Origin: an uncultured Candidatus Saccharibacteria bacterium
GTDB taxonomy: Bacteria > Patescibacteriota > CALEFQ01 > G965231055
Length of the DNA: 64,000 nt
Reading direction: 5' to 3'
Assembly (NCBI GenBank): GCA_965231055.1
Contig: OZ246411.1
Location: 537,875 to 601,874, forward strand
Shown: piece after piece, positions 27,626-37,317 of the stretch
How positions within the stretch are numbered: position 1 is the stretch's first letter
Layout of the letters: each line of letters opens with the position of its first letter
Made by a program: the position numbers and the translations under genes
The notes under the pieces: model-generated
The model's database searches: none
Told to the model about the DNA's origin: nothing
What the model saw: only the letters and a program-made list of their open reading frames with translations

Positions 27626-28837
27626 GTGTATATAGATTTTATTACAATACTTATTCCGTTTAAAGCCGCTTTTGATATTCTTGCGGAATGGTGGTGGGTA
27701 GTTATACCTGCCTATTTGGTTTTTCTATATTCTGAGGTGTGGGTTGATTATTTTCAGAAACGCACAACTGAGAGCGTAAATTGGAAAAATTTGCTTATAA
27801 GTGTGCCCAAGGAGTTTACTAGGGGTCCAGAGGTTATGGAACAGTTCTTTGCTTCAATGTGGTCTCTGTACGCTCCGCCAAATCTCATCGATACTGTATT
27901 CAAAGGAGAGAAACAAAATTTCTTAAGCTTTGAGTTGGTTGGTATTGATGGAAATGTGAGATTCATAGTTCACACGCCAGATATTTTTCAAGATCATGTG
28001 GAGGCACAGATTTATGCCCAATATCCAGAGGCAGAAATTCAAGAAATAGATGATTATACGGAATTAATACCTGATGATTTTCTAGATAAGGGATATGATC
28101 TTTGGGGAACTGAATTTGAATTTACAAACAAGGAAAGCGATGAGTTAAAAAACATGTTTCCAATAAGGACGTATCATGTTTTTGAGCATCAATTTTCAGG
28201 AGTATCAACGGATCCTATGGCTGCGATAACTGAGTTTCTAAGCCGACTAAAAAAGGGGGAGCAAGTTTGGTTTCAAATCTTGACTAGGCCTGCCAGTCCA
28301 GGTTGGGGTAAAATTGGACAAAAATTTGTGCAAAGTGTGGTAGATAAATACAAGTGGGATAAGGATAGTGGCGGAGGAGGAATGATGCCTCCAACTGACC
28401 AAGATATAATAAAAGCAGTTTCTTCGAAGATTGAAAGACAGGGTTTTGAGTGTAAATTTAGATTTGTTTATGTGGGAAAAAAAGAAGTTTTTCAAAAAAG
28501 CTACGGGGTTACTGGGGCGATAGGTCCTATTCAGCAATTTTGCTCCAATGTTATGAACGGAGTTAAGCCAAATAAATCAGTGACAACTAGTATTGATTAC
28601 TTTTTTCCAGATATGCGAGTTAAGTTTAGAAAAAAAGCTCTGTTTAGGGCAATGAAAAAAAGAGATTTTGAATTTGGTAGTGCATTTCTTGTATTTAATC
28701 CAGAAGAACTTGCTACTTTGTGGCACTTTCCAGAACCACAAGTTAAGGCAGAGCGTGTTGAAAAAATTAGAGCTAAGAAGTCAGGTGCTCCAGCGGGTCT
28801 TCCTGTTGAGCCCAAGCCCACTGATATAAAAGTATAA
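27626..28837 (+). CDS. membrane-anchored protein homologous to the N-terminal domain of the downstream 727-aa ATPase
   Basis: N-terminal TM helix (WWWVVIPAYLVFLY). Soluble domain aligns block-by-block with aa 1-300 of the 30531 product (PIRTYHVFEH/SIRTYKSSES, VWFQILTRP/VLFQTIVEP, ELATLWHFPE/ELASFVHIPD). Confidence 0.5.
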   Translation: MYIDFITILIPFKAAFDILAEWWWVVIPAYLVFLYSEVWVDYFQKRTTESVNWKNLLISVPKEFTRGPEVMEQFFASMWSLYAPPNLIDTVFKGEKQNFLSFELVGIDGNVRFIVHTPDIFQDHVEAQIYAQYPEAEIQEIDDYTELIPDDFLDKGYDLWGTEFEFTNKESDELKNMFPIRTYHVFEHQFSGVSTDPMAAITEFLSRLKKGEQVWFQILTRPASPGWGKIGQKFVQSVVDKYKWDKDSGGGGMMPPTDQDIIKAVSSKIERQGFECKFRFVYVGKKEVFQKSYGVTGAIGPIQQFCSNVMNGVKPNKSVTTSIDYFFPDMRVKFRKKALFRAMKKRDFEFGSAFLVFNPEELATLWHFPEPQVKAERVEKIRAKKSGAPAGLPVEPKPTDIKV

Positions 28838-28839
28838 AT

Positions 28840-30507
28840 ATGGTTTTAGATAAAAACAAACAAATTTCTGAAGATGATGTGACATACTTTGCTATGACAA
28901 ATTACAGAAGCGAGCAAAGAAAGTTTGGTATAAAACTGAACGACCGAAGAAAGCACATGTACATCATAGGAAAGACTGGTATGGGAAAAACAACCTTGCT
29001 TGAAAACATGGCTGTTTCGGATATAAAAAAAGGTCACGGACTTGCCTTTGTGGATCCGCACGGAGAAACTGCTGAAAAACTTTTGAATTATATTCCAAGT
29101 AGTAGGGTAAATGATGTGGTTTATTTTAATCCCGCTGATACAGATTATCCCATCGCGTTCAATATCATGGAATCGGTGGAAGAAAAGTATAGAAATGTGG
29201 TTGCGGATGGACTTGTGAACGTTTTCAAAAAGATATGGGCAGATTCTTGGGGACCTAGACTTGAATACATACTTCGTAATGCTATTTTGGCTTTGCTTGA
29301 AAATCCTGGGAATACATTGCTCGGAGTAACTAGAATGCTAGTTGATCCTGCATATAGAAAAAAGATAGTAAAAAATATCAAAGATCCGGTGGTAAAATCC
29401 TTCTGGACTCAGGAATATCCAGGATATAGCGAAAAGCTCAAAGCCGAAGCGATCTCTCCTATTCAAAACAAAGTAGGACAGTTTTTGGCCAACTCAATGA
29501 TACGAAATATTTTGGGTCAACCAAAAAGTACAGTCAATATGGAAGATGTTATGAATGAAAGAAAAATCTTAATACTCAATCTCTCAAAGGGAAGGATAGG
29601 GGAAGATGCATCGCATTTGTTGGGAGCTATGTTTATTACAAAGATTCAGGTGGCTGCTATGTCTAGAGCAAGAATAAAGCCCGAAGAAAGAAAAGACTTT
29701 TTTCTATACGTTGACGAGTTTCAGAATTTTGCTACAGAGAGTTTTGCTGGAATCTTATCTGAAGCTAGGAAATATCGTTTAAATCTAATTATAGCTCATC
29801 AGTATATAGGTCAGCTTTCAACTACCGGAAGTACAGTGGTTAGAGATGCTGTTTTTGGAAACGTGGGAACTATAATAAATTTCAGAGTTGGAGCACAAGA
29901 TGCAGAGTTTTTGGTCAAAGAATTTGAACCAATATTTACAGAAAACGATCTTGTTAATCTTCCGTTTGCAGGTATATATCTCAAGCTCATGATAGATGGT
30001 GTTGCTAGCGATGCTTTTTCTGCAAACACATTGCCACCCCTTTTTGAACCAGAAGGGTTAGAGGAAACTGTGATTAAAGTTTCTAGGGAGCGACACTCCA
30101 AAAAAAGAGAATTGGTAGAGGAAAGAATTATGAAATGGAGTGATGTGGGAGACTCTTCGTCAGAAAAGTTTACTGAAAAGCCAAAAAACAATACATATAA
30201 GCCAAATAATTTCAGAAGTCAGGATACAAAACCCAAGCCATCAATTAATTTTGCTGATAAAAGACCGGTGTCAATAGAGAAGAAAGACATCCCAACTGCA
30301 AAGGGTGTTTCTCTTGCTTCTGCTATTGGCCAGCACACAGTTGATTTTAGGGGAAAGAAACAAACCAATGATTTTGTGGCGCCACCAAAAGTGAGACCCC
30401 AAGAGAGAAAAGATTTTCCTAAAAAAAGACCAATTAGAAATACAGTTAATACATCCAATGAAAATACTCCTGAAATTGAACTATTGAAGCAAAAAGGTAT
30501 TTTGTAA
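28840..30507 (+). CDS. VirD4/TraD/VirB4-family (T4SS coupling-protein-like) P-loop ATPase, soluble form
   Basis: Walker A IIGKTGMGKTT, then FVDPHGE (compare TrwB IVDPNGD). Walker B LYVDEFQNF. ARKYRLNLIIAHQYIGQL sensor block (compare TrwB GRKAGLRVVAGLQSTSQL). Low-complexity C-terminal tail. Confidence 0.65.
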   Translation: MVLDKNKQISEDDVTYFAMTNYRSEQRKFGIKLNDRRKHMYIIGKTGMGKTTLLENMAVSDIKKGHGLAFVDPHGETAEKLLNYIPSSRVNDVVYFNPADTDYPIAFNIMESVEEKYRNVVADGLVNVFKKIWADSWGPRLEYILRNAILALLENPGNTLLGVTRMLVDPAYRKKIVKNIKDPVVKSFWTQEYPGYSEKLKAEAISPIQNKVGQFLANSMIRNILGQPKSTVNMEDVMNERKILILNLSKGRIGEDASHLLGAMFITKIQVAAMSRARIKPEERKDFFLYVDEFQNFATESFAGILSEARKYRLNLIIAHQYIGQLSTTGSTVVRDAVFGNVGTIINFRVGAQDAEFLVKEFEPIFTENDLVNLPFAGIYLKLMIDGVASDAFSANTLPPLFEPEGLEETVIKVSRERHSKKRELVEERIMKWSDVGDSSSEKFTEKPKNNTYKPNNFRSQDTKPKPSINFADKRPVSIEKKDIPTAKGVSLASAIGQHTVDFRGKKQTNDFVAPPKVRPQERKDFPKKRPIRNTVNTSNENTPEIELLKQKGIL

Positions 30508-30530
30508 TAATTGAATTTTAATTTTAGCTA

Positions 30531-32714
30531 TTGGTGATCTCAAAATATAAATTATTAAGAGCGCGATTTGCCATATCTTCCAGTTTTATGGATGATAGAT
30601 TTGGCAATGTGCTTGTTAGGATATCCAAATTTGAAAACCTATTTTTGCAACTTCACAGCATGCTATTGGGATTGCAAAGTGATAGGCGAGCTAGCATAGA
30701 ATGGGTTTCTATAAGAGGCAAGTTGAGCCTTTATTTTTATATCCCGGTAGCATTAGAAAGCTCATTCAAATCACTGGTTTTTTCTTTGTTTCCTGATGTA
30801 AATATTATAGAAGAAAAAAATTACGAAGGACTTGAATCTGTCGGCGGAAACTTTGCCGTATCTGAAATAACTCTTGAAGCCCAGGAGCTCTACTCGATAA
30901 GAACATATAAAAGTAGCGAGTCCGTGGATCAGATGAGCTCTTTTTTTAATTTGATCGCATCTACTCCCATGAGCGAAGCTGTGCTTTTTCAGACCATAGT
31001 GGAACCCATAGACGAAAAAGTAGAATCAGGAGAAAAAGGTATTATTTATTACCAAACAGAAAAAAAGGAAGCAATAGAGGAAAAGCAAAAGTTTTATGTG
31101 AGTTCGCGAATGGTTTATTTTTCTGAGCAAAAAGAGCTAAATCCCATGCTTTCACAATTTGAACCTGCTTTTAGTGAATTTGCTTCAGATAGAAATAAGA
31201 TAGTTATACTTAGTCCTTCTTATGAGAAGAAAAACCTTGTGGCTTATTTTTCAAGAGCCAGGGCGAAAACAAGATGTATTTTTAATCGTGAAGAGCTGGC
31301 TTCTTTTGTGCATATCCCAGATGCCTCATCAAAAACTCCAGGATTTGACTGGATTTTGTCTAGAAAATCAGAGCCACCCGTTAATCTTCCAACTTCATCA
31401 AATACAAAAATAGATGAGCTTTGTCTTTTTGGAGCTACGAATTTCAGAGACTCTAGGGTTCCATTTGGAATAAAAAGAGAGGACAGAAGAAGACACCTAT
31501 ATACAGTTGGAAAAAGTGGTACTGGTAAAAGCAAGATGCTTGAAAATCTCATAATTTCAGATATAAATTCCGGCAAAGGTGTTTGCGTGATTGATCCTCA
31601 CGGAGATCTTATCCAAAATTCTCTCAAACGCATTCCAAAAGAAAGAATTGATGATGTAGTGTATTTCAATCCATCTGATATGGATTTTCCCATAGCATTT
31701 AATCCTCTAGAAAATATTTCCAAGGAATATAAACAGCAAGTAGCGCAGGGACTCATTGAGGTTTTCAAAAAATCTTTTGGGGCAGATTGGACTCCCAAAA
31801 TAGAACATGTTTTCAGATTTACCGTTTTGGCATTATTGGATTATAAAAAAGCAACTATTGCAGATATTATGAAAGTTCTCACAGACAGATCTTTTAGACA
31901 GGATGTGATTTCAAAAATTGAGGATTCAGTAGTAAAAAACTTCTGGGCAAACGAATTTTCTAGTTGGTCAGAAAAGTTTGATAATGAAGCGATTATTCCA
32001 CTACTTAATAAGCTAGGACAATTTTTATCCATAGAATTGGTAAGAAATATAGTAGGACAACCAAAGAATCTCATAAATCTTAATGATATCTTAAACAATC
32101 AAAAAATTCTTTTCATAGAATTATCAAAAGGTAAATTGGGAGAAGAAAATATATCATTGCTCGGGTCAATGATACTAACCAAAATTCAGCAAGCTATAAT
32201 GGCGCGAGCTTATATGAAAGAAGAAGATCGCAAGGATTTTTATTTGTATGTGGATGAGTTTCAATATTTTGCTACCTCTACATTTTCTGATATTTTGGCT
32301 GAATCTCGTAAATACAAACTAAGTCTCACGCTGTCTCACCAGTATCTAGGACAGCTTTCACCTGAAATTAAACAAACAGTTTTTGGCAATGTTGGTTCGT
32401 TTATTGTTTTTAGAGTTGGAGCAGAAGATGCCTCTTTTCTAGAAAAAGAACTGCAACCAACATTTAGTGCGAATGATATTATCAATCTTGGAGTAAGAGA
32501 AGTGTATGTGAAAATGTCTATTGCGGGAGAAACCACTAGGCCATTTTCAGCTCGTACTATGGATGTGCCATCTGAGCCAGCAGATAATTCAGTGGATGAA
32601 ATTATAAAGAGATCCAGGGCGAAATATGCAAATTCACTAGATAAAGTAAAAAAAGAATACGACGCATCTATCGCTTTTACTCAAGACGATGAATTTGAAA
32701 AACCAGTTGTTTGA
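30531..32714 (+). CDS. fusion paralog: N-terminal domain related to the 27626 product plus a VirD4/VirB4-family ATPase domain
   Basis: aa 300-727 carry Walker A VGKSGTGKSK, VIDPHGD, Walker B LYVDEFQYF and the block SRKYKLSLTLSHQYLGQL. aa 1-300 align to the upstream 403-aa protein. Confidence 0.65.
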   Translation: MVISKYKLLRARFAISSSFMDDRFGNVLVRISKFENLFLQLHSMLLGLQSDRRASIEWVSIRGKLSLYFYIPVALESSFKSLVFSLFPDVNIIEEKNYEGLESVGGNFAVSEITLEAQELYSIRTYKSSESVDQMSSFFNLIASTPMSEAVLFQTIVEPIDEKVESGEKGIIYYQTEKKEAIEEKQKFYVSSRMVYFSEQKELNPMLSQFEPAFSEFASDRNKIVILSPSYEKKNLVAYFSRARAKTRCIFNREELASFVHIPDASSKTPGFDWILSRKSEPPVNLPTSSNTKIDELCLFGATNFRDSRVPFGIKREDRRRHLYTVGKSGTGKSKMLENLIISDINSGKGVCVIDPHGDLIQNSLKRIPKERIDDVVYFNPSDMDFPIAFNPLENISKEYKQQVAQGLIEVFKKSFGADWTPKIEHVFRFTVLALLDYKKATIADIMKVLTDRSFRQDVISKIEDSVVKNFWANEFSSWSEKFDNEAIIPLLNKLGQFLSIELVRNIVGQPKNLINLNDILNNQKILFIELSKGKLGEENISLLGSMILTKIQQAIMARAYMKEEDRKDFYLYVDEFQYFATSTFSDILAESRKYKLSLTLSHQYLGQLSPEIKQTVFGNVGSFIVFRVGAEDASFLEKELQPTFSANDIINLGVREVYVKMSIAGETTRPFSARTMDVPSEPADNSVDEIIKRSRAKYANSLDKVKKEYDASIAFTQDDEFEKPVV

Positions 32715-32718
32715 CGAA

Positions 32719-32766
32719 CGCCCCCGCTATAATGTATTCAGAATATATGGAGGGGCTTTTTATTTG
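32719..32766 (+). terminator. possible terminator (GCCCC...GGGGC stem with large loop, followed by TTTTTTATTT)
   Basis: Short GC stem and a strong T-tract after the 30531 gene. The stem is weak. Confidence 0.3.
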
Positions 32767-32798
32767 AAAAATATTGGTTTTACCGCTAGTATTGTTTT

Positions 32799-33914
32799 AT
32801 GAAAACTAATCGTAAAAAAAAGGTACTTCTAGCTATTTCTGGGGGAGTGGATAGCTCCGTCTCAGCTTTTATATTGAAGAAACAAGGCTATGAGGTTGTG
32901 GGAGCTTTTATGAAATTCTGGAAAGAATCTAGTAAAGACACCGAGGACAATAAATGTTGTTCTATGGAATCGCTTAGGGACGCCAGGGAAGTTATGAACA
33001 AAATTGGCGGAAAGCTATATGTAATAAATTTCAAGGAGCTTTTCAAGAAGCAAGTGGTTGATTATTTTATAGAAAGCTATGCTATGGGAGAGACTCCCAA
33101 TCCTTGTGTGAGGTGTAATAAATTCGTGAAACTGGGAGCGCTTTATAAAAAAGCAGAGGAGCTCGGATGTGATTTCGTGGCAACTGGACATTACGCGAGA
33201 ATCAAGCGCACTAGAAATGAAGCAAAAAACTCAAAAAAATATATTTATAAGCTTTTTGCTGGTATAGATAAGACAAAGGATCAGACTTATTTTTTGTATA
33301 ATCTAAATCAAGAAAAACTCTCAAAAACTCTTTTCCCTGTTGGTGATATGAAAAAAACTAAGGTTTCTAAGATGGCTAATAAGCTAGGTATTAATGCAGC
33401 AAAAAAGAAAGAAAGCCAAGAGATTTGTTTCGTTCCAGATAAAACACACTATGAATTTCTAAGAAATAAAATCCAAAAGTCACTAACACCTGGCCCAATT
33501 TTGTTTAATAACGAAAAAATAGGGGAGCATAAGGGATTACCTCTTTATACAATAGGCCAGAGAAAGGGAATAGAGATTGGAGGCGTAGGACCTTTTTATG
33601 TGCTTAAATGTGATTACAAAACCAATACTCTCTTTGTGACTGATAAATTTGACGATGATAGGTTGTTTTCAAAATCTATGAGAGTGAAAAATATTAGCTG
33701 GATTTCTGGCGTTGCCTCTGAAATACCTTTTGACTGTAAAATTAAAATTAGATATGGGCATGAGGCAGTAGATGGGAAAATTATCTCAGCGCAAAAAGAT
33801 ATTGTAGAGTTGGAATTTGAAAAACCAGAACGAGCTATTACAATAGGACAGTCCGCGGTATTTTATCTAAAAAATGAGGTTATTGGAGGCGGAGAAATAA
33901 CTAAGAGTATTTAG
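32799..33914 (+). CDS. mnmA: tRNA-specific 2-thiouridylase
   Basis: PP-loop LLAISGGVDSSVSAFIL. Conserved Cys (NPCVRCN) and GHYAR catalytic motifs. Confidence 0.9.
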   Translation: MKTNRKKKVLLAISGGVDSSVSAFILKKQGYEVVGAFMKFWKESSKDTEDNKCCSMESLRDAREVMNKIGGKLYVINFKELFKKQVVDYFIESYAMGETPNPCVRCNKFVKLGALYKKAEELGCDFVATGHYARIKRTRNEAKNSKKYIYKLFAGIDKTKDQTYFLYNLNQEKLSKTLFPVGDMKKTKVSKMANKLGINAAKKKESQEICFVPDKTHYEFLRNKIQKSLTPGPILFNNEKIGEHKGLPLYTIGQRKGIEIGGVGPFYVLKCDYKTNTLFVTDKFDDDRLFSKSMRVKNISWISGVASEIPFDCKIKIRYGHEAVDGKIISAQKDIVELEFEKPERAITIGQSAVFYLKNEVIGGGEITKSI

Positions 33915-34064
33915 TAAACAGTCTTCAAAATTCAGATTCTAATCCTATATTTTTTGAATATATTATTAATACCGAACATTGATAACTGAATACTGTCTTG
34001 ATTTGCCTAAAAATAGAAAAAGTTTTATAATATAGGCGTATTTACTCAATAACAAAACAAGAAC

Positions 34065-34316
34065 ATGGGATCACTTTATGATTTTTGCGATGGTTCGAGC
34101 GACAAAGAGTATATTAAGCAGGCAATGGTTAATGTGAAGCAGATTCAATCTCAAATTGATTCAGCAAGCGCTTCTAGTGACGAAGCTCAGAAAGCGCAGG
34201 TTTCTTCTCTTCAGGAGCAATTAAAATCAGCTAAGGAGAATTGGAAGGAATCATCCAAAAAATTCGCTGAAAAAATAGAAGATTTTTTATCTAGTGATAA
34301 TTGGGACGGTAACTAA
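34065..34316 (+). CDS. small hypothetical protein (83 aa), helical and acidic
   Basis: ORF immediately upstream of the coiled-coil protein gene, overlapping it (TAATG). No motifs recognised. Confidence 0.3.
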   Translation: MGSLYDFCDGSSDKEYIKQAMVNVKQIQSQIDSASASSDEAQKAQVSSLQEQLKSAKENWKESSKKFAEKIEDFLSSDNWDGN

Positions 34317-35362
34317 TGTCTGAAATACCCATAGAGATAACTAAAAAACTACAGAGAGCTTTTAGGGCGCTCGAAGCTTTTGCGTCTGCTTCAGAGCATC
34401 AGGTTTCTGAGACAGTGGGCAATAAGCCCGTGACTCGTAAGCGCCTAGAAGAGCTAGAGCAAAAAGAAAAAAACTTTCAAGAGGAGATATCTAGAATTGA
34501 GGCCGATATTTATGCTGCCAAAACACGACTCAGGGATTTGAAAGGTGGAGAGAGGGATTATGATATAGAGAAAAGACAGCACGAAACCATAACGCAGAAT
34601 TTAGAAACTGAAATTCACGAGCTTGAATCTGAAAAGAAAAAACTAGAAGAAAAAATAAGACAAATAGAAGAAAAGATAGAACTGAACAAGAGCAAGATAA
34701 GCATGGAAGAAATAAGAATTCAAGAGTTTCAGTCTCAAACTGGATTGAAAGCAAAAGAATTGTCTTCTATCGAAGATCAAATAAAGGCGCTAGAAGAAGG
34801 AATAAAGAAAAACAAATCTGAAATTGAGCAAAATTCATTGGAAAAAGCTGAAGTAGCCACTAAGCTTGCCGAAATTGAGCGCAAAGCAAGACTCAATGGA
34901 GATAATAGTGGTATGAGTTTGGATAGAGTTAGAGTAATGCTTGAAGAATCTAAGCGACCGTTAGAGGTTTTTATAAATAAAGAAAAAACTGAAGAGAGAA
35001 AATATCACAATCTGATGGCGGATGCGTCTGCCGGTGGAAGATCGTTGGCGAGTCTTAGAGCAGAAGAAATGGATGCGAATATAGATATTGGAAATGCTTC
35101 TCGTAAAGCTGGAAATATGTCACTTTCTTCTCAGGAGAGGGATGAAGCCAAGAGAGAACTCGCTGAGTTAAACATTGAACTCAACGAAATCAGAAGAAAG
35201 AAGATAGATGCTGAAAGAGTAGAGCGATCTGCCTCGGGTAGATATGATCCGAAAGAGCTCAAGAAAGCTGAAGAGTTGAGGAAACAGATAGAATTGGGTT
35301 TATTAAAAATGAGGGCATTGAATGATAAACCCGAATTTAGGGGAATTGACTTGATTGAATAG
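34316..35362 (+). CDS. long coiled-coil protein, function unknown
   Basis: About 300 aa of heptad-like E/K/L-rich sequence (ELESEKKKLEEKIRQIEEKIELNK...). Overlaps the alaS start by 8 nt. Confidence 0.45.
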   Translation: MSEIPIEITKKLQRAFRALEAFASASEHQVSETVGNKPVTRKRLEELEQKEKNFQEEISRIEADIYAAKTRLRDLKGGERDYDIEKRQHETITQNLETEIHELESEKKKLEEKIRQIEEKIELNKSKISMEEIRIQEFQSQTGLKAKELSSIEDQIKALEEGIKKNKSEIEQNSLEKAEVATKLAEIERKARLNGDNSGMSLDRVRVMLEESKRPLEVFINKEKTEERKYHNLMADASAGGRSLASLRAEEMDANIDIGNASRKAGNMSLSSQERDEAKRELAELNIELNEIRRKKIDAERVERSASGRYDPKELKKAEELRKQIELGLLKMRALNDKPEFRGIDLIE

Positions 35363-37313
35363 TAAAATGATTACATCAAAAGAACTTAGAAAAAAATATA
35401 TAGAATTTTTTGAAAGCAAGGGGCATAAAACTATCCCCTCAGCTTCGCTTGTTCCAGAGGGGGATGCCTCTACGCTTTTTATTTCAGCGGGGATGCAGCC
35501 ATTGGTTCCCTATCTTTTGGGTGAAAAACATCCAGAGGGCACTAGACTAGTTGATGTGCAAAAGTGTCTCAGAACCGAGGATATAGAGGCGATTGGAAGT
35601 GAATACAGAAATACTTTTTTTGAAATGCTAGGAAATTGGTCTTTGGGAGATTATGGAAGAGAAGATTCTATTCCTTGGAGCTATGAGTTTTTAACTTCAG
35701 AAAAATGGTTGAATTTGTCAAAAGAAAAACTTTTTGTGACTGTTTTTGCTGGTTCCGATGGAGTGCCAGAAGACAAGAAAGCATTTGAAATTTGGGAGAA
35801 GCTTGGAATTTCGAAAGATCATATTTTCAAACTAGATATAAATGAAAATTTCTGGATAACGGGAAATGGTGGACCCTGTGGACCTGATACCGAAATATTT
35901 TTTGATACCGGAAAACCAAAGTGCAGTGACGATTGTAAGCCCAGTTGTAAATGCGGAAAGTATTTTGAAATTTGGAATAATGTTTTCGTAGAATACAATA
36001 AAACAGAAGATGGTAAGTATATTCCACTAGAAAAGAAATGTGTGGATACTGGCATGGGACTAGAAAGAACCCTGTCTGTGCTAAATAGCACCAATGACAA
36101 TTATAGACTTGATGTGCTTTATCCTCTGATTCAAAAGATCGAAGAGCTTTCTCAAAAAAAATATGAAGGCAATAAAAAAGAGTTTAGAGTGATAGCGGAT
36201 CATGTGAGAGCCGCAACATTTATCTTATCTGATCCAGCAGGAATCACTCCATCCAATTTGGATAAGGGATATGTTGCTCGCAAATTAATCAGGAGAGCAG
36301 CGTTATTTTCTTATAAGCTAGGTATTACAAAATTATATGCTATTGCCAAGCTTTCAGAAGAAATTGTTCCTTATATGTATTTAGGGCAAGATACGTTAAA
36401 TAAACAAAAGATGGAGCTAGAAGAATCAGATTTTGTTTACCCAGAGCTTTATAATAACGCACCGAAAGTAAATCTGTTAATTCAAAACGAGTTTAATAAA
36501 TTTGAAGAAGCCATTTCGAGAGGATTTGCCGCAAAAAACAAACGCATGGAGGTATTGAAAAGATTTATATTTCGTAAAAACATGCTTGCTGACAGTAAGT
36601 GGATAAATAGTGCTAAGAAAGCTTCTGGTTATAATAAGGATTTCACTTCGCCGTTAGATTTAGCTGGTGCGTTTGCTTTTGAAATGGAAAGCTCGTATGG
36701 ATTACCAAGAGATTTTTTTATGGATTCATTGACGGAGAGTAATTTGTTTCACGAAGTTGATTGGAAAAATCATATTGAATTATTTATTTTAAAAGCTGAA
36801 CAGAGACACAAAGAGCTTTCGCGTACTGCGACAAAAGGAAAATTCAAGGGGGGCCTAGGAGCCCAGGGTGAAGAAACCAAAAGATTGCACACAGCTACGC
36901 ATCTACTTTTGGCCGCTCTTAGAAAAATACTTGATCCAAATATTATTCAGCGAGGAAGCAATATAAATCCCGAAAGACTTAGATTTGATTTCAATTATCC
37001 CCAAAAACTCACCAAAGAACAAATTGGTGAGATAGAGGATTTTGTAAATGACGCGATACAGAAAAAAATTGAAGTCAATGTCGAAGAATTGAGTATTGAC
37101 GAAGCAAAAAAACGAGGGGCTACGGGAATTTTTGATGATAAATACGGAAATGTGGTAAAAGTTTACACAATAGGAGAAGAGAGTGGTCAAGTGTCCAAGG
37201 AAATATGCGGAGGACCTCATGTAAAAAACACTTCAGAGCTCGGACAGTTCAAAATTAAGAAGGAAGAAGCGAGTAGCGCAGGAGTCAGAAGAATAAAAGC
37301 AGTTTTAAAATAA
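35355..37313 (+). CDS. alaS: alanyl-tRNA synthetase lacking the C-Ala domain
   Basis: Class II catalytic core (FFESKGH, MLGNWSLGDY). tRNA-recognition block RVIADHVRA. Editing-domain HTATHLL and CGGPHV zinc motifs. Ends after the editing domain at 652 aa. Confidence 0.85.
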   Translation: MNSKMITSKELRKKYIEFFESKGHKTIPSASLVPEGDASTLFISAGMQPLVPYLLGEKHPEGTRLVDVQKCLRTEDIEAIGSEYRNTFFEMLGNWSLGDYGREDSIPWSYEFLTSEKWLNLSKEKLFVTVFAGSDGVPEDKKAFEIWEKLGISKDHIFKLDINENFWITGNGGPCGPDTEIFFDTGKPKCSDDCKPSCKCGKYFEIWNNVFVEYNKTEDGKYIPLEKKCVDTGMGLERTLSVLNSTNDNYRLDVLYPLIQKIEELSQKKYEGNKKEFRVIADHVRAATFILSDPAGITPSNLDKGYVARKLIRRAALFSYKLGITKLYAIAKLSEEIVPYMYLGQDTLNKQKMELEESDFVYPELYNNAPKVNLLIQNEFNKFEEAISRGFAAKNKRMEVLKRFIFRKNMLADSKWINSAKKASGYNKDFTSPLDLAGAFAFEMESSYGLPRDFFMDSLTESNLFHEVDWKNHIELFILKAEQRHKELSRTATKGKFKGGLGAQGEETKRLHTATHLLLAALRKILDPNIIQRGSNINPERLRFDFNYPQKLTKEQIGEIEDFVNDAIQKKIEVNVEELSIDEAKKRGATGIFDDKYGNVVKVYTIGEESGQVSKEICGGPHVKNTSELGQFKIKKEEASSAGVRRIKAVLK

Positions 37314-37317
37314 AAAA

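Noticed and set aside
32711-32733. TTGACG ... TATAAT promoter-like hexamers after the 30531 gene
   Set aside because: The spacer is only 11 nt, which is incompatible with sigma70 geometry. The TATAAT lies inside the putative terminator hairpin loop.
34316-35362. Coiled-coil protein as a possible SMC/MukB fragment or DivIVA
   Set aside because: There is no Walker A/B or hinge motif and no DivIVA N-terminal lipid-binding motif recognisable. Left as a generic coiled-coil protein.
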